The translations under genes and the position numbers were made by a program. A stretch of 63,870 nucleotides of DNA, filler included, from Octopus bimaculoides (taxonomy: Eukaryota), in the NCBI RefSeq assembly GCF_001194135.2. It is 5 parts of 5 records of this genome, joined end to end, with 100 filler letters (N's around TTAATTAATTAA, not from the genome) between each part and the next. Parts side by side here need not be neighbours in the genome. Positions count along the whole stretch, not along the records: positions 23,690 to 49,495 come from NC_069005.1; positions 49,596 to 59,775 come from NC_068983.1; 3 more parts are not named here. One strand, 5' to 3'. The notes under the pieces are model-generated. The model searched no databases, was not told the DNA's origin, and saw only the letters and a program-made list of their open reading frames with translations. The first letter of the stretch is position 1. The number at the start of each line of letters is the position of its first letter. Below, one piece after another: positions 37,561-50,689 of the stretch.

Positions 37561-37877
37561 GTCGGCAACAGTGTCGTTGATGTATGTATGTATGTATGTA
37601 TGTATGTATGTATGTATGTATGTGCATGTGTGTTTATGTATGTGTGTATGTATGTATTTATGTATGTATGTGGGTATGCATGTATGCATATATGCTACTG
37701 TGTGTGTTTACAATGGTGAGTGGCCATATGTCTGTGATTGTACTTGTGTGTACTTTGTTTATTGACAGAATAATTTTTTCGAGATGTAATAAAATCTGTT
37801 TTCAACATATGGTTTCACACCAAACCATCACACTGAAGTGAAATATCATTTATTTAAATATTTAAATACTTAAAAAT

Positions 37878-38630
37878 CTAAACACTTGAATCATCATCAT
37901 CCTTCTCCTCCTCATCATCATCGTTGTCATCTTCATCATCCATCATCATCATCATCGTCATCATTGTTGTCATCATCATCGTCATCATTGTTGTCATCAT
38001 CATCATTGTTGTCATCATCATCATCATCACCGTCTTTATCACCGTTGTCATCATTGTCACTATCATCATTTAACATCCACTTTCCTATGTTTCCATGGCA
38101 AATTTTTCTATAGCTGGATGCTCTTCACGTCACTCACTTTCACGGATGGTAATTTTCTCCCTAACATTACTGAGTTCAAGACTTCCTTCAAAATGAGTGT
38201 ACATAAGGCTAACACTTGCTGATCGATGCATTCTTAGGCTGTACAGTGTCCCTCATGAAGTTAAGAGTTATCCATCCACCCATTTTCTCCACCCACTATT
38301 CTTGGGAGGGTTGTGGAGGTAGTGTCCTCAGCCACCTCCACCATAGGGTCCTTCCGTTTGCTTGGATCTTCCATCACCTTGTACTACAGTTGTTAGCTGA
38401 ATCCCAACATGCAGTTGTAGTCAGAATACTTGCTGTGTCCTTTCCTGCCTGTCATGGCTTGGTAGTCTCTGTTGCAGCTGTCCATGTCACAGCTTACTGT
38501 CTTTACAACATTCACAGAGTATTGCATAACAGTCGTGATGTCAGCCTTTTGATATTCAGTGTGAATCATCATGATACAAGTAACTCTTTTCCAATATTCA
38601 GATGGTTTCTAGTGCTCCATGTCACCTGAC
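37878..38630 (-). mobile_element. RTE-type LINE 3' end with expanded (GAT)n tail
   Basis: Minus strand gagcatccagctatagaaa..catggaaacataggaaagtggatgttaaatgatgat, then (GAT)n at 37878-38070; degenerate ORF terminus upstream. Confidence 0.7.
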
Positions 38631-38764
38631 ATTTTCTCAACTACAACTTTAATCTTTATATTCTCCAATGCCATTGACTGTTCACCAACACATTGGGTTG
38701 TTCTTGAAAAAAGAAGACAAAAAAAATCATCAAATTTTTACCCAAATACCACATACATACACAC

Positions 38765-38922
38765 AAAGGGCTTCTGTACAGTTTTTGTCAACCAAATTCA
38801 CTGACAAGGAATTGATCAGCTTGGGGCTATAGTAGAAGACACTATAGCAGAAGACACTGGCACAGTGGGACTGAGCCCAAAACCATGTAGTTGTAAAGCA
38901 AACTTCTTAACCACACAGCCAA
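38765..38922 (-). mobile_element. SINE family A head
   Basis: ggctatagtagaagacact..gtgggactgagccc..ttaaccacacagcc. Confidence 0.8.
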
Positions 38923-39514
38923 AAGTGTCGACTACATTGAATAATGTAATCCTACACATACAATACTATATCCACTCAGAAAAAAGGTGGGCGGAGAATG
39001 TTATGTTTATCAGATCCCAATGGAACTTAAGTTTGCTAATTCAGGGCTAACCTTGAACTAAACAACAACCACAACAACAACAGCAGCAGCAACAGCAACA
39101 ATAAGTGGGGCTTGTGAAAATGTAAAAATATATATATAAAAAAAAATACCTAGTGAATGGTGTTTTGAAGGAAGAGTAAGAGGGGTGTTGCAACAATCCT
39201 TTGACATTTCCCTCCAGTTGTGACATATTGAACATAAGACAGATTATAAGGAATCTGATCATGTTTGCTAATTATATTGATCTTTAAACCTATTGATGCC
39301 AACGAAGAAATAACATTGCACATCCTGTTTAAAGATAATCAAAAGCAGAAAGAAGGTTCTGGAAGTGAAACAGATACCAGGAGTCTTCAAATATTTGTTG
39401 CTGCTGCTGCTGTTGGCTGATTAATTTGTTACCTTTCCATCTATTTCCCACCTGATGTATTATATATAATCTAAGACTACATGCATATCCCTTTTATCCT
39501 TGATCTTTTTCTTC

Positions 39515-39872
39515 TTTCAGCCATTAGACTGCGACCATGCTGGGGCACTGCCTTGAAAAATCTTTAGTTGAATGAATCAACCTCAGCACTTTTTTTTCAG
39601 CCTAATACTTATTTAGTTATCTCCTTTGCCAAACTGCTATGTTACGGGGATGTAAACACACCAACACTGGTTGTCAAGGGGTGGTGGGGGACAAACACAG
39701 ACACCCCCCACATACACACACATGACAGGCTTCTTTCAGTTTCCATCTACCAAATCCACTCACAAGGCTTTGGTCAGCCCAAGGCAATAGAAAAAGACAC
39801 TTGCCCAAGGTGCTATGCAGTGAGACTGAACCTGGAACCACGTGGCTGGGAAGCCAGTTTCTTACCACACAG
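39515..39872 (-). mobile_element. SINE family A
   Basis: ttcagccattagactgcgaccatgctgggg..cttaccacacag. Confidence 0.88.
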
Positions 39873-40949
39873 TCAGAGAAACATTCATATATTTCTAAAA
39901 ACAGAAGTTAATGATGTTTGAAGGAGATTTTGGTTGCAGTTTTAGTGCTTATTTGTTTTAGCATAAGAACAGCAGAAAAGTTTGTGGAATTCTAAAAGGG
40001 GTTTTTCTGAAGCAGATCCACAAAAAGCAGATAATAGTGCATTTGCAACAGTATTAAGGAATCCAAGATGATTTCATAATGAAATGGAGTGAGATCTAAT
40101 CAGCTATTTGATAGTCTGTCATTTTTAATCTTACTTTTTGTGTTTTATAAAGAATCTCACACACTGAACAATCTACGAAGAAAAAAAAAAAAAAGAAAAA
40201 AGACATAAGAACGTACATTTCCAGAGCTTTTTGAAACTGTTTTACTTCATAAAATATTTAATTCAGTGTCATCTATTTGCCTTGGGTTATGTTATGCTGA
40301 TGATTTGAAATAAGGATGAAATAGCACTATATATGGTTACTTACAACTATAAAATTTATGATCTTTATAATGAATAGGAAAAAATGAAATAATTAAATAT
40401 ATATATTCCATGAATCTTCTTCATTAGACTTCAATTTTAAAATTTAAACTTCTCGCCCCCTCCAGCTAAAAGCTTTTTTCTCCCTTACAATAACTGCCAT
40501 TAGGGTACACTATGCATACAAAATATTGGTTTTATAATTAGTCTCTAGTCATTTGTTTAAAAGAAAATGGTGCCACTTTTGAACTATTATTTAAGTCACT
40601 ATTTCTGCTATGCAGTGATTTCTCTCAGAAGAATTTAGTGATAAGAGAAAAATGTACAACAGGCCTGCACGTCTGATTAATAGTAACCTGCCTGATGTGC
40701 TCAGAGTTGTCTATTTTCCCAGTAAATAGAATGCTTTCGTTTACTTTAGCCTCAACAGGTCGTATAATAGCTTTTTAATATTATTAATTGTAGCTTCTTC
40801 CCCAGAGAACAGAAACTAAGCATTGATTTAAGGTTTTGGGGATGTTAAAACCATGTTTTTCAAATGATCAACACTTATATAGTTTTGTAGGCTGATGATG
40901 TTTTCATTTTCTTACCAACACACGGAAATTGCGACTTCCACTATGTTGG

Positions 40950-41400
40950 CAATCGAAGTTTGCGATTCTCAGATACTGGCAGCGCCAAATATCGTTGTCC
41001 AGTGAATTCTAAACTGCACCAGCACGTCCAAGTCGTTTTAAGACTTCGGACTCGCAGCTAATGCTGCTATGGATCACACTACCGAGATGAGTGGATCAGT
41101 CTACAAATTCGACTTTTCCACCCGTAACAGAGACAGACAATACCGAGACCCCACCCCCAGAAGTCAACGAAAGACTCGATCTTTGTCTTAATCCAAGTGG
41201 TTCCTCTTCCTCACTCAGCGAAAGAACAGCACGCCTTAAGACATCGAGAGACTCGATAAGAATAAACGCGTCATCATCAAATTCTAAGTCAGCAATCTTA
41301 GTTTCACCAATGAGCGCTCTACTACACGATCAAGCCACCCTCCGGCCAAAACATTCAGTCTATGCAGACACTGAACAGAGCGGATGCGAAAATGGACGTA
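40950..41400 (-). mobile_element. RTE (BovB-like) LINE RT fragment, decayed
   Basis: Minus strand DLEFDDDAFILIESL..PLGL..THLGSVIH..EVLKRLGRA..IWRCQYL; the + strand ORF 41091-41420 is its antisense shadow. Confidence 0.8.
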
Positions 41401-41849
41401 CGGTAACTTCATCTAAATAGGCATATGAGTCTTCCAATTTATTTTCACAAATAAAAATTCTTATAACTCGTTGGAAACACGCAACACCATTTATAAAGCC
41501 GAAATTAAAATGTTTCAAATCAGAGTTTTGGTCATTTCTAAAATAATAAAAATGGCATCGGATGATTTAAATTTACGGTATATTCGTAATTATAGGTTTC
41601 AAACCGGCGACAGATTAGAGAAAACTCTGGGAGGGTGGAATTTTAGTGACCGAACAAACAGAGTCTGATTCGTGGACGATGCCACTGAAATCTATTTCAA
41701 TTGTCGAATGTTTAAGCAGAAAAAAGAATTCTAAGAATAACGTCTATGCGGGGTGTCTGGAAAAAAAGTTTCAGAAAAAAGTCACTGAAAGAATTTTAGC
41801 TAGTGTAGCAAGTATATGTTCGCAGATTGCCTGTCTACCTTTAAGTACA

Positions 41850-44491
41850 GCAATTTGGTGGAGTATCAACAAGATCATGAATTTTCACATCGTTGGACTC
41901 ACTTCTTTGGACCTTCTACCCCTACATCAGTTTTATACTGGCTCGCATTAGCCAGCCAAATAGCGCTTACATACTATTTTAAACTGTTTTGTATTTTTTC
42001 AAAATACTCGCATTTTGAACTATCTGAACTGTTTACAATGGTTTTCAACCATTTTAACGAACTTTTGGTTGTTCTCAGTCGATGCATTGAAAATTTCTAT
42101 TTGACACTGTGTTGCTCATGTTGTTTTTTTACCCTTTTGCAATGCGCTTCCATTTTGTACATTTTTGTTATTACTATTTGTTGTACATATTCCTTCCTTG
42201 CTACAGTATTTTTCCTTTTTTTGGGTGTTTTCGTACCTTTCTCTCGCAGTCAATTTACTGGTCAGAGGGTATGTTCACAAATTGCCTACCTACTCTTACG
42301 CGTGTTGTCTGCAAGTAATCACATGACCTGGTCACGTAATGGTCGATTCCTTCTAGATTTACGCAGGCTATCATCCCATCACGTAACACACCAGCCGAGC
42401 GCAGGCAAATTTAAATTTATTCGCTGGAGACTAAAATCAACTTTAAAAAGAGGCTTTGCTCCCGTTTTTCTCCATTGTGGTGTGTAGGCATGGGCGAGTT
42501 CGGATCTCGGCAAAGAAGTAGCATTGGCGCATTCGTCTGCTCATGTCTTCCAGCAGAAGCCATGTCACGTATTTGTTTTCCTGTTCTACACCACATACAT
42601 CAAGTTCGAACTACCTGAGAAACCAACATGTATATTTTCTGACAGTATCATTCATGCTATAACAACCTTTGCTGTACCTTCCATTAGGCGTTGAAATTAA
42701 ATGTGGCCGTAAATTGCAATTCTTGTCTTCCTATTTCTTTTCGCTATTATACCTGACTCATTTGGAACCATGAAATTATAATGTTACCAGGGCCAGAGCA
42801 CATTATTTCAACTCCTAAAATTAGTGACCGACCGACGTGATTTACTGTTGCAAGCGACGAGTAAATTCGTTCTTCGTGGAAGATAGATTTTCTTTTATCG
42901 GCGAAATTCTCTACATCTCAGAATTACTAGGCGAATGACTTGGTCAGAACTTTTACTGAACAGTCTGCTAGAGGTGTTCCTACCCGATAAACCTCACGGT
43001 TAATTTTTTTTTTCAACAATTCTCCATTTGCAAGTCCTTGCGTGCAAGATGTCGTTTCACATTCAAACACCACCTCTTCCTGCCACCTTTCACGCCCGTA
43101 CAACGTCATTCTACTTTGCGAGATACTTTTGTCGTCTGCAATACAACATCCTCGTCCTCATCCCGTGTCATATTTGTTTTTTTTTGTTTTGGTCGTCTAC
43201 TATTCGCTTCATCATACTTCAACTTGGCCATCTTTGTTCGAACTGCTATTGGGAAAATGTTTGCCTCTGCGTTGGAAATTCGATTTCCCCATTTCCCACG
43301 ACCGAAGAATTGGAGAACTTCAAATTTTTTTTTCAATTGTATGGCAGTTTTTATCCTGTATTTTCGGTCACTCTTTTTCAGCTCCGATGTCAGAGATTAT
43401 GTGGAAGTTAAATCTCTGGCCTGTTAAATCTCATGATGGCATCTTGAGGTAACTTCTCTCTACTGTATCTTAGTTCCGCATTCACGTTCAACTTGACGCC
43501 CTGTCATAGCAGACACCGTCATTTTCCGCATCTTCACTTGTCACCTTCACACAGCATCGCATCCATTCGCGCTAATTCAAATTTGACGAACTCTTCTCCA
43601 ATTGCTTTTCATCGACGTTTTGGATTCCAGCATCTCGTCACCACGATGCCAGTAGACTTTTTCGCCGCCTGCCAAGATTTTATTTCAACCTTGTTACCCT
43701 GTGGGAGATTCATGTCCCATTTCGCCACCAGCAAGTTACACCAACCAACTACTTATGATCAATTTTTCGCACCACCGCAAGCTCATTACGAACTTTCAGT
43801 TTGGCTTGTCATCGCAGTCATTTCTCCATTTCGTTTGACAAATGAACGACCAGTATGTATCTATTTATATCTTTTCTGCTCAACGAAAATACATTTTTTC
43901 CATGCTTTTTTGCCTTGTTTCTAGCCAGCAACTTTCATCTCCAAGACATTATATGTGTTACGCGTATATGGTTTAAGCGCGTACATTTTCTCATTTTTCT
44001 TTTCCAACTTACTCTAATTAGTCAACAGTTACCGCTTCATATCTTACTTTATGTATACCTGTACTCATCTTCTTGTGTCATTTCCTTCTCATACGAAGTC
44101 ACAAGAATTTTCTCGTTGTGTTTTACTTCTATAGAAAAATTATCCTACCTTATACTATGACGTTGCTTTGCACACTACTGATTATATTGACTTTCAGCAA
44201 TCTGGTGGAGCATCAACAAGATCATGAATTTTCGTATCATTAGACTCACTTCTTTGGACTTTCTACCCCTACATCAGTCTTATACTGGCCCGCATTGACC
44301 AGCCAAATAGCGCTTACATACTATTTTAAACTGTTTTGTATGTTTTCTAAAGACTCGCATTTTGAACTGTCTGAACCGTTTTCAGTAGTTCTCAACCATT
44401 TTTAACGAATTTTTGGTTATTCTCAGTGGGTGTATTGTCAAAAAAATTTTATAGGGGGAATCGCTTGACCCCCACCTCCCCAATTTTTTTT

Positions 44492-44524
<33 letters not shown>

Positions 44525-44918
44525 GCGGTTTTTATTTTTGATATTGTGTTCTACATGTCCAGGTCGTACGAATAGCCCCCCCCCCCTCGCAACTTTAGAT
44601 GTCAAAAAATTTTATAGGGGGAATCGCATGACCGTGATATGTAGAACACATTATCGAAAGCAAAAATCGCCAAAATTAAAAAATTAAAAAGTTACAGCGG
44701 TTTTCCCTCAGTGTCTAATCCCAATGTGCACCAGGAAGTTTATTTTGCAGGTAGCATTGACGCGTACGTCTGTTCTTGTCTTCCAGCAGAAGCCATGTTA
44801 CTTATTTGTTTTTCTGTTCTACACTGCATACATCATCAAATTCCAACTGCCTAAGAAACCAATATGTATATTTTCTGACAGCATCATTAATGTTATACCG
44901 CATCCATTAGGCGTTGAA
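41850..44918. repeat. Unclassified direct duplication, two blocks repeated about 2.3 kb apart
   Basis: 41850-42090 resembles 44195-44440, and 42518-42692 resembles 44751-44918 (about 80% by eye). Confidence 0.8.
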
Positions 44919-44944
44919 ACACTGCCTCATGAAGATCACTGCTA

Positions 44945-45027
44945 GCTCTCACTGCGCACGCAACCGTGTGCTACCATCGGTTGGCGTGCTACAGAACTAG
45001 TCCGAGAGCTTTTTGATACTACCTCAT
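44945..45027 (-). mobile_element. Mariner-like terminal fragment
   Basis: Minus strand tatgaggtagtatcaaaaagctctcggact resembles a mariner TIR; no partner found. Confidence 0.45.
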
Positions 45028-46370
45028 ATATACACGTGTGTGTGTGTGTTTGTTTATTCCAGAAACTCGATGTTCTGGAAAGGAAATGGTTAACATGGCA
45101 CCAAGGAGTGGAACGACATAACACGGATAAATGATAAAACGAGATGCCCACAACAAAGATAACATGTCTGCAAGTATTTGAAGCAGGTCTCTGATTTTTT
45201 TCTGCTTCTTTTTTCTTCCACCAGTCCCAGAAATCTTGCAAAAGGTCATGAACGGTGCCGGCTTTAGAATTGGCACAGTCCTTAGATAAATAAAACTTGG
45301 ATGTTCCATCTTAAAAAAAAAAAAGAAAACTACATCGAACCCCGCAAGAATTGAAGGATCTTTTCTGTTCGCGTCACACTTCTTGAAATTTTAAAATTAA
45401 GTGAAAATTTTCAAATTTGGTGTATTGATGCAATTTTTCACGCTGAATCTGGTGTTATTCACTTGCTCCAGAAAATGTTTTAGAAAAATGTTTCAGAGGT
45501 TTAAGGCGTGATTTTTACATAATCAGAAAACAAGATTTGGAAGCTGGCATTTTGTGCGTGATGACAATATCACGATGACAAAACATTCGACGGAAGTTTG
45601 CAAACTTTAAGAGCTAGATTTTTATTTATTAATTTATGGCTAAAATAAATTTCAATTCTATAATTAGAATACATCAATACACCAGAATTGAAATAACTTG
45701 GAACAAAATTAAGGGAACTGAAAAGTGTGAACCATACAGAAAAGGTCCGAGTTCAAACCAATAATTTTGAAGTAGTTGCGTATTGCGAAACCTGAAGCTT
45801 TAGCTTGCTTTGCAAATGTCTAAATCCGGCGCTTGTTGTGATAGTACTCTCTTTCCGTTGACTAAAGTATTAAAAAAAAATGAAAGAAAGAAACAGTCTT
45901 AATGAGATTTCTGTGATATTTTAATTCTTTATTCCTGAGAGAGATGAGTAAAAAAAAAATATATATATATATAACGAGCTGACAGGATTCGAAATATGAA
46001 CATAACATGGAGTAATAAGTTTCATTTTTGTAGTGTATCTTTTCCAGTCAAATCATCGGTAATATGACATAAAAAAAAGAAAAAAAAAACGCCATGTTAG
46101 TTAACTTCAAAAGCCAACAAAATCAACCTACGGGTGATAACATATTTGATGTAGTAATCTCCACTCAAAAATGAAAAAAAAAAAAAAGTAATTCATCAAA
46201 ATCTCTCACTGATGAGAACAATCATTTTTCTGATTGACTAAAGGAAAAAAGAAAGCAAGGAGCGGAAGGCTTCCTTGGAAAGTTAATTAGTTTAATTAAA
46301 TTAAAAATGGCATTGGTGAGTATGTGTGTGTGTTTAACACTATGGAGATAACTCTGGCTATGAAATATTG

Positions 46371-46587
46371 GTTTCAAATTTTGGTATAAGGTCAGCAAGC
46401 GCGGGGGAAGGGGTAAGTTCAGTACATCGATCCCCTCCAGTTCTCAACTGGTACTCGTTTTATCGATCTCGAAAAAATGAAAGACAAAGTTGACCTCGGC
46501 GGAATTTGAACTCAAAACTTAAAAATGGACGAAATGCTGATAGGCATTTTGCCCGGCGTGCTAACGAATCTGCCATATCGCTGACTT
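46371..46587 (-). mobile_element. SINE family B with 18-bp target-site duplication
   Basis: tctgg(c/a)tatgaaatattg at 46353-46370 and 46588-46605. Confidence 0.88.
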
Positions 46588-47054
46588 TCTGGATATGAAA
46601 TATTGTCTAACTGATACTTTAGGCCTAAAACCGGACATTCACAGCATTTCGCGAGAAGCCCCCCCCCCCGCATAAGACATCTCGTCACCGGGCGGACCGC
46701 ACTACAAAAAATATTCGAGACAATTTTTCTTTAGGTGTGCTATTCAGAATGTCTTGCGGGTCGCCTTTTTGCTCATGACTGATGTGGGCCGTCAGTAAGG
46801 AAATTTCTATGTTGTCACTCGACCTGCTTGAACTAGTAGTCAAATCTCCCTCAGCTCGTACCCAGCTGTCTTCATGAAAGGAATGACACATTGGATAATG
46901 GTAGGCCTAGATACATTATGCCTTAGAAACAGAGACGAAACGTTTACTGTGAGCATACTTTTGATTATAGATCCTTCTGCAAGAATAACAATCCCAGAAG
47001 GAAAGACAAAATAAACACACCAAGACAATATTTAAGCTGTGTTATCGGGACTAG

Positions 47055-47400
47055 GGTAAAGGGTAAAGACCTCCTTTGGTCATGACTGACCATGGGATTG
47101 CACCTGGAAAGTTACCCTCCGAGGCACAAGTCCGGGCAAGGTTATTTATGGAAGACCAGCAGTTGCCCACGAATACCAGCCTCCCCTCTCCATACCACCA
47201 ATGTTATCCAAAGGAAAGGCAAAGGCCGATACAGCTTGGCACCACTGACGATGTTGCAACTCATTTCTACAGTTGAATGAACTGGATTAACATGAAATAA
47301 AGTGTCCTACTCAAGAACACAACAAACGGCTCGGTCTAGGAATCGAACTCACTATGTTATGATTGTGAGCCTGACGCTCTAACCACTGAGCCATGCACCT
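47055..47400 (-). mobile_element. SINE family C
   Basis: Reverse complement of 14290-14625; tail (tttaccc)2. Confidence 0.9.
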
Positions 47401-47553
47401 TTGCGACTACTGATTGACAAAAGTTCTCTGTCCTAAACTCAGTTGACCCAATAGTTAAGTTTGCACCACTGTGTGGCACTTCGGGCAAGCGCCTTCAGCT
47501 ACAGTCCCGGTTCGACCAGAAATCGTTTTGAGTAGATCTGGTTGACCAGAAAC

Positions 47554-47930
47554 TAGGAGTGGCTTTGTGGAAAGAAGTTTACTTCTCATCCACATGGTTC
47601 CGGGTTCAGTCTCACTGCCTGACACATTGGATAAGTGTCTACTTTAGTACCACGCCAGCCAAAGCCTTGTGAGCGGATTTTATAGACAGAAATTGAAAGA
47701 AGCTAGTCAGGTGTGTCACTGTCTCTTCGTCTTAACATCGCTTTACAGTTGTAAACGAGTGACACCGTCGTGCAAGTGGCGTCCTTCGGTTCCAGACTTC
47801 AGTGAGAACATGTTTGATAATGGAGAAATGTTATCTTGCTTGGAAACAGGCGAGGAGTGGCGACAGAAAGCGCATTCAGACGGAGAAAAATCAGCTTCAG
47901 CAAATTCCGTCCGACCCAGATCAGGTTTAG
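47554..47930 (+). mobile_element. SINE with family A head and an RTE-like tail
   Basis: aggagtggctttgtgg..aaagccttgtgagcgg followed by ggaaacaggcgaggagtggcgacagaaagcgcattcag. Confidence 0.65.
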
Positions 47931-47989
47931 CAGACAAGAAAAATACTCAAACCAAAATGAAGACAAGCTCCCATTCCTCACTATCGCAG

Positions 47990-48180
47990 GTGTAGCTATG
48001 TGCTCAGAAACTTGCTTCCTGACCTCATGGTCCTAGGTTCAGTCCCACTGCGTGGCACCTTGGGCAAATGACTTATATTATGGCCTCGAGCCGCTCAGTT
48101 CCTGGGGTCGATTTGTTCGTGTAAAACCTTTCAAGGCAGTGCCCCAGTATGGCCGCAGTCACACGACTAAAACAAAGTTA
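47990..48180 (+). mobile_element. SINE family A, internally deleted
   Basis: Head joined to ggggtcgatttgttcg..ccagtatggccgcagtc. Confidence 0.8.
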
Positions 48181-49341
48181 AAATGAAAGCACTGTCATCA
48201 CCATCACCGCAGCTAACAAAAAACAAAATCAAAAGAAAACAAAAAAAAAGAAGAGTACCACCCACGCAGACTACATGAAAATATACATAAAAAAAAATCC
48301 AGCAACACTGAAACAATCGCGACGATCGATCTGTGGGACTGGCTTGAGAAAAGCAAAAAAAAAAAAAAAAACTAACAAAAAGCTCAAAAATACAACTATG
48401 GGAGATAACCGCTTCGTACGATATGATGTCAGTGACCTCCCTTGGCATGCTTACGAGCATGCGCATCTGTAGTCACACAGCCATGTTGAATAACAGACGC
48501 CTTTTGTTTTGGTGATGTTTTATCGTGGATATGGTTTATTACACTGACTGACACCTAATCGGCTTAATTAACTTCAAACAACACCTGCTTTATTTTTCTC
48601 ACCTTTGTGATTTTTTTTCAGTGAAACTTAACATTGAAATACCTCTCTTAGGCTTTTTATTCATCAGGTAAGGACATAATTCTTTGAAGTTTCATTTATT
48701 ATACAGATATTTTGGTTCCAGCATACCAGTTATATATATATATACATATGTACAGATATATATGTATAAATGTATGTAAAGTATGTATAGAAATATATGT
48801 GTGTATGTTTGGGTGCATGCATGTGTGTGTGTGTGTGAGTGTGTATGCGTATAGTGACGCCTGTGCGCTTATTTTTGTCGTCGGCTAAAAAAAAAAAAAA
48901 CAACAACAACAACAGCCGTGCTTTCGACTACTTTCACTTTCCGCAAAAGCAGAAGACAGTTGATCTGTACTTATGTGTACACCCACCACCGCATATATAT
49001 AGACACACAAACATCCATGCATATATATATGTATATATATATATTATATTATATAAATATGTAAATAATTTTGTATACACATTTCCATACAGACACCGTT
49101 GACACGCACGCACACGTTATAAATATACATAAATGCATATTTACATATATGCATGCATATATGTAAATATAATTGATGTGGAGGTTGTTAAAATAGATCA
49201 TTGCGGATAAATTATTAGCGATGGAAAAAAAAAATTAAATACAAACTTTATCGTATTTCTTTCATTTATATTACGTTTTGTTTATTCCGAATACCCACCT
49301 ACACGCGCCTTTCGTTGTGTGTATATATGCATGAATGCATC

Positions 49342-49376
<35 letters not shown>

Positions 49377-49814
49377 TCACACACATATACGCTGAGAAAC
49401 TCTTCCGAAAAATGCATTATTATCGATATCCAGTTTACATATGTATTTACATAAAAACCTGTATATAAGACACCCTTTCTCTCCATCATATATATNNNNN
49501 NNNNNNNNNNNNNNNNNNNNNNNNNNNNNNNNNNNNNNNTTAATTAATTAANNNNNNNNNNNNNNNNNNNNNNNNNNNNNNNNNNNNNNNNNNNNAGAGA
49601 GAGAGAGAGAGACGTGTGTATTTTTCTTCCCTTGTTTACAATTAACACAGAAAAAATAGATAAATAGTTACCAGGGTAGGAAAAAATCACTCAAGTAAAA
49701 AGGGCGTAACACCTTGTTTTTAAAGGTAGAAACTCCAAGTTTATATGAAATATTTTGTATAATATATATAAATAAATAAATGGTGTTAAACACAGGTGTT
49801 ATTCAAATTCTTTT

Positions 49815-49903
49815 ACTTCTGACACATGTTTCGAAGATATCGTTGGTATTATTCCAAAGGAATAAAATGGTGTAAAACAATGTAATCTTCTCTTCAGGGA
49901 AAT
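49815..49903 (-). ncRNA. Hammerhead ribozyme motif with long stem II insert, one stem I mismatch
   Basis: Minus strand auuucc-CUGAAGA-GAAGAU..AUCUUC-GAAA-C(AUGU)G-U-C-agaagu. Confidence 0.7.
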
Positions 49904-50188
49904 GAAGAAATGAAACTCATCAATAAGACATTTTAACAGAGTATGATGGATATGTATAGTGATGACCTGAACGCTATTAAGTTTATTTTTTAAAAAAACC
50001 TTAGAGGATATAACGTCAAAGGTAGCCTATAGAAAGAGAAGGGGTAAAGGAAAGAAAAACCAAATAAATGAGAAGTATATAACTATATATAAAGTAAATA
50101 AAACCCTAAAGTCTTGGAAAAAGATATATCTAGTGAATGTGAAATGTAAGAAGAAAATCAATGTTTAAATTATATATAATGATAGATA

Positions 50189-50509
50189 TCACTTATATGA
50201 AGTGAAGGTGCGTTTCTGCCAATGTTTACATTGATAAGCACGCTTTATAACCGTGTTTACAAGGGGATTTTTAGAAAAAAGAATAAAATATAGTTCAGAA
50301 TTACAGAGAAGACAGAATTCCTTGCCTTTATCATAAGGGAACGAAATTGAGAGAATCAACCAATCTAAATTAAATTGTTTATGGTCTTTTAGATACCAAA
50401 TTAATTTACTAAGCCCTGTACTGTTACGTTTATTCCTATCCCTAAATGTGGAATATAAAAAGAACTTTTTTCTGCTCATCGTTCTTCGATAAAGAAAAAT
50501 AATCCACAA
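50189..50509 (-). mobile_element. Penelope-like element, GIY-YIG endonuclease C-terminal fragment
   Basis: STGLSKLIWYLKD..W.IL..PY..CLLCNSELYFIL..N..CKH pattern typical of PLE C-termini. Confidence 0.75.
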
Positions 50510-50689
50510 CCTTCCATCTCAATAAACCACTATTGTTCTTGAAAGCCGTTTTTTTTAACATTTACTACAGATTGCTTGAAGCTATCTTTCTTCCTACACC
50601 TTAATTCAAAGGTAGAAAGTCCACTTTGCTGCCTTAATAATTGATACTTGAATTTGTGAAAAATTTAGAAGAGTTCTAGATGTGGAAAC

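Noticed and set aside
41091-41420. 109-aa plus-strand ORF with natural-looking composition
   Set aside because: Antisense shadow of a decayed RTE reverse transcriptase on the minus strand.
41816-42487. 223-aa hydrophobic ORF resembling a membrane protein
   Set aside because: Hydrophobicity follows T-richness. The duplicate at 44195 has a stop and a frameshift, with no clear excess of synonymous changes and no recognisable domain.
48200-48480. CpG-richer unique patch with gcatgcgcat, possibly promoter-like
   Set aside because: Short, with only a partial motif match and no linked exon; not supportable without expression data.
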